Source: Fibrobacteria bacterium (GTDB taxonomy: Bacteria > Fibrobacterota > Fibrobacteria > UBA11236 > JADFYW01). From it: a stretch of DNA of 64,000 nt. The position numbers were made by a program, and so were the translations under genes. The stretch spans positions 1-64,000 of the forward strand of contig JBNKOC010000008.1 of assembly GCA_050294405.1 (NCBI GenBank). Reading direction: 5' to 3'. Shown here one piece after another: positions 1-10,047 of this stretch (positions are counted from its first letter, which is position 1; every line of letters begins with the position of its first letter). A model generated the notes under the pieces. That model saw only the letters and a list, made by a program, of their open reading frames with translations. It was not told where the DNA came from and ran no database searches.

Positions 1-328
1 AACAAAATTCGCGGAAAATATTTTTAGGTGCGCAAAGCTGGTGGTTAGGCCTGAAGGATTAAAAGGTTGGTGTATCAGAGCCTTTTACAGGTCTTACCTA
101 AGCTTTGAGCTTATAAATCAGAAGAGCTGTTTGTCTAAGCCTTCCCCGGCGCAATGTTATTTCGAAAAAACATTCACGCTGAGGTTCTTGGTATGAGTTC
201 TAGAATGGCGTGTGATTTTTGAGAAGTGCATTGTGCCGGGGGAGGGGATTGTGCTTGTACTGTGTCTGGCAAGCGGGCGAACCTTAGGTCGAGCTGATTT
301 AATGTTGCAAAATTTTTCCAGGAACAGA

Positions 329-358
329 TAAAAAAAAGGGTCCTGATTTAAGGACCCC
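329..358 (-). terminator. Intrinsic terminator after nrdR
   Basis: Minus strand reads GGGGTCCT-TAAATC-AGGACCC-TTTTTTT just past the nrdR stop. Confidence 0.75.
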
Positions 359-388
359 GTGATAACCATCAAAAATAAAAGAATTGGC

Positions 389-859
389 CTAGGAAACTTT
401 TTCTGGCAATGGTCTGCTCATTTCATCAATTTGAGTTAAGAACTGAGAGACCTCTTTAAAATTGCGGTAGACAGATGCGTAGCGCATGTAAGCGATTTGA
501 TCCACGCTGTACAATGTTTTTAAAACAATTTCTCCAATGGAACGGCTGGGAATAACTTCTCCAGAGAGTTCGGAAATTTTATTTTCCACTGAGTCTACCA
601 TTTCCTGAATTTTGGCTTTGGTCACAGGACGCTTTTTGCAAGCGGTGTAAAGACCGGCCATTAACTTGCCGCTGTCGTACGCTTCGGTAGAACCGTCGTT
701 TTTCAAAACCATGCGAGGCACAGTTTCGATATACTCATAAGTGGTGTAACGTTTAGCGCAACTCAGGCATTCGCGACGGCGACGGATGGCTTTGCCTTCC
801 TTAGTTGTACGAGAATCTACAACCTTGTCTTCTTCGCAATTGCAATATGGACATTTCAT
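389..859 (-). CDS. nrdR: Transcriptional repressor NrdR
   Basis: MKCPYC..KVVDSR..IRRRREC..C..RYTTYE zinc ribbon, ATP-cone, AYMRYASVYRNF. Confidence 0.97.
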   Translation of the reverse strand: MKCPYCNCEEDKVVDSRTTKEGKAIRRRRECLSCAKRYTTYEYIETVPRMVLKNDGSTEAYDSGKLMAGLYTACKKRPVTKAKIQEMVDSVENKISELSGEVIPSRSIGEIVLKTLYSVDQIAYMRYASVYRNFKEVSQFLTQIDEMSRPLPEKVS

Positions 860-1084
860 AGATAAAGAATATAACTCTATTTCAACAATCTACCAACAAA
901 AAATTGCAATTTTTACAAAATTGTAGACAATTTGTTCGAAATTCATTTTGGCGCAAAAAAATCTGCAAAAATGACAAAGATTTGAGTTTTTTGATATGGA
1001 AAGAATGTTGATTAATTGGGAGCCCTTACGGAGTTATTCCCTATTAATCAACCTGCTATTAAGGACTTTGTTGAAAACCTTAAG

Positions 1085-2740
1085 TTAAGGATTTTCCAAT
1101 TCCAGGGTGTGGTTTGTGGCATCGCAAACCTCGCTGGGACCAAAATACTGGATGGGCCCTGGGAAAACAAAAGCGTCTTCTACGGCCCAATTTGAACGGT
1201 TGGCTTCCAGTTTTTTAAAAGGAGCTCCGTCTAGTTCCACCAAAGCCTTTTTAATTACAGGTTTTGGTTTTCCATGACGCTGTTCCATATTAAAAAGCAT
1301 GCTAATGGGAATCCCGCCAGCAGTCCATTGGTCTACGCCTTTGGTTAAATTGCCAACAGAGGACATATAACCTGTTAATTTGGCGTTGGCCAAAACAACT
1401 GCTGCATAGCCTAAGCTGTAGCAATAATCTGCATCAAAATTGGAGGGTGGGGCGCAACGGCCTTCATAACCAAAAAAGTGATGCTGCTCTGAAAATTTCC
1501 CTTTGTATTTGCCTTCCTTTTTGAGCTCGGCCAAACGTTTTTGCACCAATTCAATAAGTAAAACTTCGGTTTCGATGCGGCTTACCTGAACATTGCCATG
1601 TGGGTCGCGGTCGTACAAAAGTTGGGCCTGGATTTTTTCCGGAAGATTTTCAAAGGTGCTTTTTTCTTCTTTGGGCAATCGATCCTTAACAAAATGGATT
1701 TTGTCGGCAATATCACTGAGCTTTTCAAATTCTGCGGATGTTTCTGCCAACAAATCATTTAGGGAGGCTATTAGCTTTTTCATGGAAGGCACAAATTCAA
1801 TAAGTCCTTCGGGAACCAATACAATCCCATAGTTTTTATTCGCTTCGGCTCTTTTAACAATGCTGTCGCAAATGATATCCACAATTTGGGGTAGGCCCAT
1901 GGATTTGGCTTCAATTTCTTCTGAAACCAAAGTAATGCTGGGCTGGGTTTGCAGGCCTACTTCAAGGGCGATGTGGCTGGCAGAACGGCCCATGAGTTTA
2001 ATAAAGTGCCAGTATTTTTTGGCGGAGCGTGCGTCTCTGGATATGTTACCCACCAACTCCGAGTAGGTTTTGATAGCTGTGTCAAATCCAAAAGAGGTGG
2101 GGATGTACTTGTTTTTTAAGTCTCCATCAATGGTTTTTGGAACCCCGATAACACAACATGGGCTGCCTTTTGATTTCAAATACTCAGCTAATATGGCGGC
2201 GTTGGTGTTGGAGTCGTCTCCACCTATAATTACGATTGCGTTGATGTTAAGGCTTTTGATAACTTCGATACATCTGTCAAACTGTTCCTCTGTTTCCAGT
2301 TTGGTGCGACCGGAACCAATAATATCAAAGCCGCCAGTATTTCTGTGGGCGTCAATTTTTGCATCGTCTAAAATTTCGTATTTGCCTTCTTCTAAACCGG
2401 AAGGCCCGCCTAAAAATCCAATAAGCTTTGATTCGGGGCTTAAGTTTTTAATTCCGTCATATATACCTGCTATCACATTGTGCCCGCCTGGTGCCTGACC
2501 ACCGGACAAAACAACGCCCACATTAATGGCTTTGGAATCGGAATTATTTTCGCCAATTGAAAAATGGGCAACGGGCTTACCAAATGTATTAGGAAACATA
2601 GCCTTTATAGCTTCTTCATCGCTTTCAGAAGTGGTGGGTTCTCCAAAGGATACGGAAATTTTGGATACCCCTTCTCGTAAGGCCTTGGGGATTTTTGGAG
2701 AATAAGCTTGTCGTACTTGCTGCAATTTGGAAATAGTCAT
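1085..2740 (-). CDS. pfp: Diphosphate--fructose-6-phosphate 1-phosphotransferase (PPi-dependent PFK)
   Basis: SGGQAPGGHNVI, GGDDSNTNA, PKTIDGDL, KLMGRSASH, GYEGRC motifs; start moved to ATG 2740 (GGAGA RBS upstream). Confidence 0.95.
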   Translation of the reverse strand: MTISKLQQVRQAYSPKIPKALREGVSKISVSFGEPTTSESDEEAIKAMFPNTFGKPVAHFSIGENNSDSKAINVGVVLSGGQAPGGHNVIAGIYDGIKNLSPESKLIGFLGGPSGLEEGKYEILDDAKIDAHRNTGGFDIIGSGRTKLETEEQFDRCIEVIKSLNINAIVIIGGDDSNTNAAILAEYLKSKGSPCCVIGVPKTIDGDLKNKYIPTSFGFDTAIKTYSELVGNISRDARSAKKYWHFIKLMGRSASHIALEVGLQTQPSITLVSEEIEAKSMGLPQIVDIICDSIVKRAEANKNYGIVLVPEGLIEFVPSMKKLIASLNDLLAETSAEFEKLSDIADKIHFVKDRLPKEEKSTFENLPEKIQAQLLYDRDPHGNVQVSRIETEVLLIELVQKRLAELKKEGKYKGKFSEQHHFFGYEGRCAPPSNFDADYCYSLGYAAVVLANAKLTGYMSSVGNLTKGVDQWTAGGIPISMLFNMEQRHGKPKPVIKKALVELDGAPFKKLEANRSNWAVEDAFVFPGPIQYFGPSEVCDATNHTLELENP

Positions 2741-2834
2741 GGGTTCTCCCTGGTCGTCTAAATTCAGGCACAAAAATAGTACAGCTCCCCCAACTTTTCA
2801 TGGGAAAAGCGTGGAAATTTCGGCTTAAATAAGT

Positions 2835-2864
2835 TTGACGAAACTTATGGGTAGTTGGTAAATT
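2835..2864 (+). promoter_or_regulatory. Probable sigma70 promoter for tRNA-Pro
   Basis: TTGACG-N18-TAAATT with TG extension, about 90 nt upstream of the tRNA. Confidence 0.45.
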
Positions 2865-2953
2865 AGTCCCCACCAAGATTTTTCAGGACACACCTTTGGC
2901 GGCTGACCCCATCCGACTTTGGCTGAAAAAGAGGGGTTTCATTCGATTTTAAT

Positions 2954-3030
2954 CGGGATGTAGCTCAGTCTGGTAGAGTACTTGAATGGGGTTCAAGTGG
3001 TCGAACGTTCGAATCGTTTCATCCCGACCA
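2954..3030 (+). tRNA. tRNA-Pro (GGG)
   Basis: Acceptor CGGGATG/CATCCCG, D-arm TAGCTCAGTCTGGTAGAG, anticodon arm CTTGA-ATGGGGT-TCAAG, GTTCGAATC T-loop, encoded CCA. Confidence 0.97.
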
Positions 3031-3063
3031 AAAAAGCCGGTAGCGTAGCTGCCGGCTTTTTTG
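3031..3063 (+). terminator. Intrinsic (possibly bidirectional) terminator after the tRNA
   Basis: AAAAAGCCGGTAGC-GTA-GCTGCCGGCTTTTTT. Confidence 0.85.
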
Positions 3064-3159
3064 TTATCGGGACAGCGATTCGGATGTTCGGCGGGTCGAA
3101 CGTTTGACCGCGAAAGCGAAGCTGAGTAAGAATGTGGCAAAGTTATGTAGTCCGAATAA

Positions 3160-3828
3160 TTACTTAGGCACGCGCTGAGCTTTGCGAGTTGGCCGAAACA
3201 TAGGCGTTACATTGGAAACCAGTGTATGTACCATTTCATTATACTTGGCGTCTTCATCTTTGATAGTGATGTTGGTCATACTGGCGCTGCCCAAAGTCCA
3301 TTCACCACTGGAGGATTTTGTCCATGCAACTCCACCACTTCCCGTATCATATAATTTAGCAGTGAGTTCTCCAGCCACCTTTTTTTTGGCGCTAAGACCA
3401 CTTAAGCTAATACTGGAAAGTTTCACTTTGGTTTTAGGCTCGGCCACCTCGATATTGGCAAAGAAAAGGGCATCCACATTGGAGCTTTCTTTAATGGCTT
3501 TTAAAGCTTCAGGGTTAAAATCTCCCTGACCGGTAGGATCCAGAACTTTATTTTTATCCCCGATTTCCAAAATGATAACCCCTGGTTGCGCTTCTTGAAT
3601 GGTTTGCATAAAACGCTGAGTGGCTTTTTGAGTTAAATCTACCTTAGAGTCTGTGGAAAACTTCACGATACCTATGGTTTTCCAACGTTTCAAATCGAAG
3701 GCGGGAGGCACATCCACATATACGGTTTTGGTGGAGGAACAAGCTGCAAAGAGTACTGCCGTTACTAAGAGGGTCAAAAAGAGCTTCATTTTAGATTTCA
3801 AATTTTTTGTTTTAAGGGGCTTTTTCAT
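3160..3828 (-). CDS. Putative lipoprotein of unknown function
   Basis: Hydrophobic signal with lipobox LFAAC; alternative start at 3789. Confidence 0.75.
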   Translation of the reverse strand: MKKPLKTKNLKSKMKLFLTLLVTAVLFAACSSTKTVYVDVPPAFDLKRWKTIGIVKFSTDSKVDLTQKATQRFMQTIQEAQPGVIILEIGDKNKVLDPTGQGDFNPEALKAIKESSNVDALFFANIEVAEPKTKVKLSSISLSGLSAKKKVAGELTAKLYDTGSGGVAWTKSSSGEWTLGSASMTNITIKDEDAKYNEMVHTLVSNVTPMFRPTRKAQRVPK

Positions 3829-4126
3829 AGGTTTTCCTATATTTGAATTTTAAGCGGCCATATTGCACTATATTTAGTGCAATTCATCAGAATTAAAATT
3901 TAAGTATAAAAGATTCTTCCCCCAAGAATAATTTATCAAAATAGAGTTTGATGTTTATCAGCTATAAAGCTGGTCTTTTCGTTGACAGTCCTTGGAGAGG
4001 CTCAAATCAAGTTCCCAACTAGAGATACAAATTAATAATGGTTTACATCCGTTTTGCCTGGTTGTCTAGCTGTGGGTTAGGATTTATATTCAAGTTTACA
4101 TTCTGGGGGAAAGGGTAGGATAAAAA

Positions 4127-5323
4127 ATGAAATTGGGCAAATGTTTAACATGGGGCCAGCTTTTTTTAATTTTGATAGGCAGTATACAAGCACAAAGCCT
4201 TAAAGAGCTTGCTGAGGAGCGGGGCCTTAAAATCGGAGCTGCCATTAAAGATGGCAATCGTGATAATAATTACAACTCCATTTTAACCAGTCAATTTAAT
4301 GCGGCCGTGGCTGAAAACGCCATGAAACCTGGAGCTTTGCAGCCATCCCGGGGCAACTTTAATTTTACAGCCGCCGAAAATATGGTGAATTTCGTTTTGG
4401 ATAATGACATGGTGATGAGAGGGCATGCTTTGGTGTGGCACCAGCAATCGGGTTTTATGGAATCCATTAACACCAGCCGCGAAGAGATGTTTCAAATTAT
4501 GGAAGAGCATATTACTACCGTGATGAATCGATTCAAGGGCAAAATTTACGAATGGGATGTTGTGAACGAAGCAGTAGCCAGAGATAGTTCGGGAATGCGG
4601 CCGGCCAATGGGGAAAACTCGAGCAACTGGGTCCGGCAAACCGATGGGGAAAATAATAATCACGACTATATTGATTCTGCATTTACCTATGCCCGGCGGG
4701 CCGATTCCAACGCATTTTTGGTTTATAATGATTACGATTGCGAGGGCATGGGTATAAAATCGCAATTGGTGTACGACTTGGTTTCCAGGTTGGCTTCCCA
4801 GGGAATTATTGACGGGGTAGGGCTTCAGTGCCATTTTCATTTGCCAGGGCAGGGCGGTTCTAATGGCGCCTGGGACAGCACCCAAATGGCCACCAATTTT
4901 AAGCGCCTTGCTGACTTGGGTCTTCGGATTTCCATCACAGAACTGGATATACGCGTGCCCACACCTGCAAGCCAGGAAGACTTGCAACGCCAAAAGCAAG
5001 CTTATGAAACAGTACTCAGGATATGTTTGGAAAACCCCAACTGCACCACTTTTATGTTATGGGGATTTACCGATGCCTCTTCCTGGATTCCCCAGTCTTT
5101 TTCCGGTTTTGGGCAGGCTTTGATTTACGATGCGAATTATCAGCCAAAGCCAGCTTACGATGGTCTTGTGGCAGTACTTTCCGAAGAACCCCAGGTTTTT
5201 ATTCGAAAAAATGGCTTTTTCAGTGTTTCAAAAACTCTGGATTATATTGATGTTTTGGGGCGAAACCGACAGTATCAGTTTAAAAGTGCTTATAAAATGA
5301 TTCCTGTAGTGGGATTTGATTAG
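4127..5323 (+). CDS. Secreted GH10 endo-1,4-beta-xylanase
   Basis: ENAMK, RGHALVWH, WDVVNEA (acid/base), GVGLQCH, ITELDI (nucleophile), WGFTD; signal peptide. Confidence 0.95.
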   Translation: MKLGKCLTWGQLFLILIGSIQAQSLKELAEERGLKIGAAIKDGNRDNNYNSILTSQFNAAVAENAMKPGALQPSRGNFNFTAAENMVNFVLDNDMVMRGHALVWHQQSGFMESINTSREEMFQIMEEHITTVMNRFKGKIYEWDVVNEAVARDSSGMRPANGENSSNWVRQTDGENNNHDYIDSAFTYARRADSNAFLVYNDYDCEGMGIKSQLVYDLVSRLASQGIIDGVGLQCHFHLPGQGGSNGAWDSTQMATNFKRLADLGLRISITELDIRVPTPASQEDLQRQKQAYETVLRICLENPNCTTFMLWGFTDASSWIPQSFSGFGQALIYDANYQPKPAYDGLVAVLSEEPQVFIRKNGFFSVSKTLDYIDVLGRNRQYQFKSAYKMIPVVGFD

Positions 5324-5480
5324 ATATTAAAGAGCTGTAAAATCCTAATTTATTGATTTTTGGCTGGCTTTGGCCCCAGCAAAAATTGTATTCTTTTGAA
5401 AACCAAGGAGTGGAAGCAAAATTTTTGCTCCAAAATAGATTCAAATTTTATTCAAAGGAAATTTTCCGGAGGGAACTAAC

Positions 5481-6011
5481 ATGAAAACAAAGACCATAAT
5501 CGCAGCAATCTTGATTGGTTTTGCCTTAATTTTTACAGGCTGTGGAGATGAAGACGGCGACGGTGGCATGAATGCCACTCCGGAAACCATTATTGGAAAA
5601 TGGATGTTAAAGACTTTTAGAATCAACGGAAGCATTGATATGGCCATTCCGGCGTTTATGATAGACACGACTGTTGCTATTGATACATCCGGAAATTTTC
5701 CTGAAGGCGATTATTTCGATTTTAAAGCTGATGGAACTTACGAGCAAAATGTTACTTTGGATTTAGAATCTATGATGGCAGGTAGCTTAGGTATGGGAAT
5801 GAAACAATCTGCCGCAGTAGCGCCTGAACAGGGTACATGGTCCATTAATGGCGGAGCTCTGGTTATGATTCAAGGCGAGGATACTACTTATGCCAGCGCC
5901 AGCATAAATGGAAGTACAATTACTTTTTCAGCAACCCAGGATTTTGATGAAAGTGAGCAAGGCGTGACCATGGCAGGGTCAATGACATTCACCTTCACCG
6001 GAACGAAATGA
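5481..6011 (+). CDS. Lipoprotein, lipocalin-like beta-barrel
   Basis: Lipobox FTGC; IIGKW, FKADGTY and GTWSING motifs. Confidence 0.7.
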   Translation: MKTKTIIAAILIGFALIFTGCGDEDGDGGMNATPETIIGKWMLKTFRINGSIDMAIPAFMIDTTVAIDTSGNFPEGDYFDFKADGTYEQNVTLDLESMMAGSLGMGMKQSAAVAPEQGTWSINGGALVMIQGEDTTYASASINGSTITFSATQDFDESEQGVTMAGSMTFTFTGTK

Positions 6012-6040
6012 TAAAATAATCAGTACATTTTTTCTCTTCT

Positions 6041-6075
6041 AAAAACAGGTCGTGGTAATGCGGCCTGTTTTTTTT
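6041..6075 (+). terminator. Intrinsic terminator
   Basis: AAAAACAGGTCG-TGGTAATG-CGGCCTGTTTTTTT. Confidence 0.7.
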
Positions 6076-6080
6076 ATTTT

Positions 6081-6839
6081 ATGGAAAAAGGAAATACAAT
6101 GATAGCTATGGGTATTAACAATCAGTCGGGGCTGGAAACGGCCAAAGGCCTGGAAGCCAAATTTTCTTTGTTGATGCCTGATTTTTATAGTGGAGAAAGG
6201 CTTTCCGGAGCATTAAGCAGCCTTTTGGCGCACGGTTCTGTTAACGAATCTGTGCAGAATTTGGCCAAAGGACTAGGCCCTTATGATCCAAAAATTCCCA
6301 TGTATGCTTCGGTGTTTTTGACAGATCCCTTTGTGAATTTTTCCCACTTGTTAAAAGAATATGTGGGGTTTGGGATAAAGGGAATCTCCAATTTTCCCTC
6401 AATAGGTTTTTATGATGGCCGTTTTCGCCAGGATTTAGAAGCTACCGGCTTTAACTATCCTGCGGAAGCCAATAAATTACATCAGGCTTTGGAAAGTGGG
6501 GTAGATGTTATTCCCTTTCTTTCCTCAATAGAAGAGCTGAAGGAAGTTTTAGACACCCGAATAAACAATTATATCTTTCATTCCGGGGTAAAAAAAGAAG
6601 GTGGTGGAGAGCAGGAAAAAAATCTTATAGATACATTGGATAACATAGCCGAACTATTTCAGGGCAAACATTCCCACTCCAGTTTGTTTTTATCGGGATG
6701 GATACTGGAAGATCCAGCGCTTTTTAGGGATATCCGCCGTAAAATTTCCTGCTGCAAAGGGCTCTTTGAATTTTTGCCCTCCCAAATGGCTGAAGATGCT
6801 GGCGGGTTAAAAACAAAATTGCGCTTCCTGACGGAATAG
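6081..6839 (+). CDS. Divergent PEP-hydrolase-like / TIM-barrel signal transduction (TBST) family protein
   Basis: TDPF..GIKGISNFPSIGFYDGRFRQDLEATGF aligns by eye with TDPF..GFSGIQNFPTVGLIDGMFRQNLEETGM of 24497..25366. Confidence 0.8.
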   Translation: MEKGNTMIAMGINNQSGLETAKGLEAKFSLLMPDFYSGERLSGALSSLLAHGSVNESVQNLAKGLGPYDPKIPMYASVFLTDPFVNFSHLLKEYVGFGIKGISNFPSIGFYDGRFRQDLEATGFNYPAEANKLHQALESGVDVIPFLSSIEELKEVLDTRINNYIFHSGVKKEGGGEQEKNLIDTLDNIAELFQGKHSHSSLFLSGWILEDPALFRDIRRKISCCKGLFEFLPSQMAEDAGGLKTKLRFLTE

Positions 6840-6980
6840 GCTCCCGTACTTTTATCTTGCATTGAGATAAAAACCAGTTTCCTCTTGGGCTTTTGAGGCG
6901 GAAGTTTGGGCTCTTTATAAAGCAGGGATTTTGGAAATAAAGCTTAGTATTTACATAGAGATATTTTGCTAAATAATGGG

Positions 6981-8069
6981 CTATTTTTTTTTGGGAATTC
7001 TATATATAGGAAGTTTGTTATTGTAAGTAGGATTCTTTTTTTTTCCGTTAACCATATAATAAGAGCTATAGATGGAAGGACCTTTATTTTTCTCCAAAGC
7101 AAATCTGATGCTGGAAGTATGGGACGTTGAATCCCACCATAGTTCTTCCGGAATAATTTCAGCTAAATTCGCGATGGCGGATTTTTCTGTTCTATCTGAA
7201 TTCCACAATCCCCATTTGTCCCCAACTTCAGGCTCATAGGCAAGTTTCCATTTGGCGTCAAAAGCAGCAAAATACCAGTATTCAAGGTTATGTTGTTTTG
7301 CCCATGTATGCAGAATATTAAGGTAGTTGCTTTGGTTTTCTAAACTTCCCTGTAGGTTTCCGTTAACAGAACCCGAAGGCCAGCCGGTTTCCGCGCAGAT
7401 TATTTTTTTAGGCATATTTAATGTTGATGCCCTTTCAGATATCCGGCTGAGGGCGCCATTTAAATGGGAAATTGAGTTTTCAAGTGGAACATTGTCCCAC
7501 CACGGGTAAATATGGAAGTATATGGCGTCGGCGGTTTCCCAAAGTAAATCGCTGTGTTTTTCCCACCAGTAAATATTCTCAGCTGTGGATACAATTATGG
7601 AATTCGGAATCCGTTCTTTTACATATTGAATGTAATCCACAATAATTTTTTCAGATGAATCCAAAGGAATGTTTTGTTCAACTTCGGAACGCAGTAAAAA
7701 TTCATTACCCACAATTATGGATTTAATAGAAGCATAGTTTTGGTTGGCCAATTCTATGGCATAATCCAATCTTTTTAAATTGAGACTGTCGTTGTAGTCA
7801 ATCCAAACGCCCAGATAAAAATTTAGCCCGTATTTATCGCAAAGTTCTGGAAGCCAGCGTCCATGTTCATTATCCGGAGTCCCGTAATTTCTAATGCCGT
7901 AAGTATAAGGAGCTAAAAGTTGGATGTCCTCCTCTACTTGTTGGTAACTGGGTTCCATTATCCCTGGACCCTGGTTGTCCCGGTAACCATCGTAATTTAA
8001 AGCAATAAAAGGTTTTTGGGCTAGGAGGCTGACGGGGAGGAGAAGGATGAGAAATTTTCCAAACAACAT
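6981..8069 (-). CDS. Secreted GH17-family beta-1,3-glucanase/glucosyltransferase
   Basis: IRNYG, LGVW, IVGNEFL, HIYPWW, AETGWPS, FAAFDAKWK, WGLW motifs. Confidence 0.88.
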   Translation of the reverse strand: MLFGKFLILLLPVSLLAQKPFIALNYDGYRDNQGPGIMEPSYQQVEEDIQLLAPYTYGIRNYGTPDNEHGRWLPELCDKYGLNFYLGVWIDYNDSLNLKRLDYAIELANQNYASIKSIIVGNEFLLRSEVEQNIPLDSSEKIIVDYIQYVKERIPNSIIVSTAENIYWWEKHSDLLWETADAIYFHIYPWWDNVPLENSISHLNGALSRISERASTLNMPKKIICAETGWPSGSVNGNLQGSLENQSNYLNILHTWAKQHNLEYWYFAAFDAKWKLAYEPEVGDKWGLWNSDRTEKSAIANLAEIIPEELWWDSTSHTSSIRFALEKNKGPSIYSSYYMVNGKKKNPTYNNKLPIYRIPKKK

Positions 8070-8235
8070 ATCTTAAAGATACATTTGAATTCGGCTCTGG
8101 GAGGTTTAGAAAATTAAGAATTATTAAATAAAACTCTTGGACTCAGTAAGGAATTGTAGTCGATTGCGGTATTCCTAAAAGCTTATATGAATCAGTTATT
8201 GTAATGTAGTAAAGCTAATAATTAAAATGTTTAAA

Positions 8236-10005
8236 TTATACTTTTAAATTAAAGATCAATTTTTTTTTCCAATTGTCGAATTCTATATAAAATAAAGCGC
8301 CTTTTAGTAGGGATTCAATTTCTCTCTCCAGAAATTCTTCTGGCACATCTAGCATGGAGTTTAAAAAATGCTCCATGGCTATAAAAAAAGCTTCAGATTT
8401 TTTTTCCTCAATAATCTGAGCTGTTGAATCAGATTCCTTTATAAAAACAGGCGAATCTGGAAAAAACATTTTTTCTACAAAAATATTGCCTTCAACATCA
8501 TTTTTGATATTCTGCATAACCTTTATTCCCATATCTTTTTCTTTAGAGAACCTTTTTAGTTCAAGCACCCAATCTACGAGTTTGTCACGAGTAAAAAGCA
8601 ATTCTTTTCTTTGGTCGTTGTTTAATTGGATACTTTTCCCAGCTTCATATACAAAATTTTTTGAAAGTGTTATTCTGTTAAAAATTTCTTCATACTTGTT
8701 TAGGTATTGTTTTAAAATTATTTCTTGATGGTCACGTAATATTTTTTCTTTTGCTAAAAGATAGGGAAGAGTTCCTTTTCCGGGAATCCAATCAACAATT
8801 TTAAAAACAACGTCTCCATAGGGAGAATCTAACAGAATGAGCAATGAATCATTTATTTTATAAAATAAGTTTCCTTTTTTAAAAAGTTGAGACTGGGCTA
8901 GTTGGGATATGTTTACGAATTGTTTATCAATGATATTTGATTCAGTTTTATGTTCATTTTTAACTTCTAAAGAATTTTCTTTAATTTCTTCGGAATTTAA
9001 ATTATTGCCAAGTATATTTTGGTTGGGATAGATACCTTTTAACGAAGGTATATTAGAATTGATTTTAATAAATTCAAAGTCGAACATATTTTGAAATTCA
9101 AAATACTCTTTAAGACAGTCTGAATTTAAGGTGTCTTTTGTACTTTTTGAAAATGTTTCGCTTATTTGCTTCTCATCACTGATGGAATTATTAGGACCAT
9201 AAAAATCGCCAATAGAAAACTCCAATATTAACTGATTAGGGTTTTTAAATAGGTCTGAGTTTGATTTATAATACTTTTTTATCATGGATTCCGGTAAATT
9301 TTGCTTTGCCTGTTGTAGTTTCTTTTTGCGAATATTCATCATCTCTATCATTGGAAATGTTAAATCTGTATTCCAGAGAATATAGCTTCCTATTTCAGTA
9401 CTAATTAAAATAGGCTTGTCCCCTGGCTGCAGGGTTTGTGTGCATTTCTGAAATTCTTCAGGTAAAGAAGATTCCCATGCAAATTTTCCATTGTTTTTTA
9501 GAAAAAAATTGGGAATTAAGGTGCTATCAAAATTAAATTCCATATATTTTGTTTTGACAAATGATGTATCCAATCCTCCCCAGATAAAAATCACAAAATC
9601 TTCATTTTGAAATGGAGACATTTTTGTAGTTGGAGTTTCTTTATACTCATTTAATATCCGCTTTATATATCCATTAATAAGAAAGTCTTTAGTTTTTGTG
9701 TCTTTTTTTAAAAGAATTTTGGAATTTTCATAACTTAATTTTTGTTCAATAAAAAAAGCTTTTAGGTAAGAGTTTAAGATTTGTTCCCTATTTTTTTTTA
9801 GCTTTTTCTCTTCAGAATCCGGCAATAATATCTCTAATACTTGATTAAATTCACCTACATCAAATAAGCATGAATTTTGTTCATTAACAATACATTGGTC
9901 AATGGGGAGTGTCAGCTCGGTTGAAACACGTTTTAAATCAACTTGAAAGCAAGTACAAAATTGGTAGAATAGAAATAAGATAAAAATAAATTTTTTCATA
10001 TTCAA
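8236..10005 (-). CDS. Exported hypothetical protein with degenerate parvulin/SurA-PpiD-like segments
   Basis: 589-aa ORF; LPEEFQK..LQPGD..ISTEIGSYIL, IKKYYKSNSDLFKNP and DSPYGDVVFKIVD..LPYLLAKEKI resemble rotamase/foldase patterns. Confidence 0.55.
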   Translation of the reverse strand: MNMKKFIFILFLFYQFCTCFQVDLKRVSTELTLPIDQCIVNEQNSCLFDVGEFNQVLEILLPDSEEKKLKKNREQILNSYLKAFFIEQKLSYENSKILLKKDTKTKDFLINGYIKRILNEYKETPTTKMSPFQNEDFVIFIWGGLDTSFVKTKYMEFNFDSTLIPNFFLKNNGKFAWESSLPEEFQKCTQTLQPGDKPILISTEIGSYILWNTDLTFPMIEMMNIRKKKLQQAKQNLPESMIKKYYKSNSDLFKNPNQLILEFSIGDFYGPNNSISDEKQISETFSKSTKDTLNSDCLKEYFEFQNMFDFEFIKINSNIPSLKGIYPNQNILGNNLNSEEIKENSLEVKNEHKTESNIIDKQFVNISQLAQSQLFKKGNLFYKINDSLLILLDSPYGDVVFKIVDWIPGKGTLPYLLAKEKILRDHQEIILKQYLNKYEEIFNRITLSKNFVYEAGKSIQLNNDQRKELLFTRDKLVDWVLELKRFSKEKDMGIKVMQNIKNDVEGNIFVEKMFFPDSPVFIKESDSTAQIIEEKKSEAFFIAMEHFLNSMLDVPEEFLEREIESLLKGALFYIEFDNWKKKLIFNLKV

Positions 10006-10047
10006 AATCTGCCATGATGAAATAATTTCACCATGGCTTGATGTTAG

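Noticed and set aside
157..372. 71-aa minus-strand ORF below nrdR
   Set aside because: It runs through the nrdR terminator, has no convincing RBS and no recognisable motif
2954..3100. tRNA as an integration site with an att duplication
   Set aside because: The partial copy is inverted rather than direct, and I found no integrase or distant direct repeat in the window
2949..3140. 63-aa ORF antisense to the tRNA
   Set aside because: Shadow of tRNA-Pro and its terminator
3864..3881. NtrC box
   Set aside because: The spacer is 8 bp rather than the 7 bp of TGCAC-N7-GTGCA, and no sigma54 promoter is evident nearby; kept only as an unassigned palindrome
4283..4999. 238-aa antisense ORF, and similar shadow ORFs throughout the track
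   Set aside because: They lie opposite or inside genes with clear family motifs and have no features of their own
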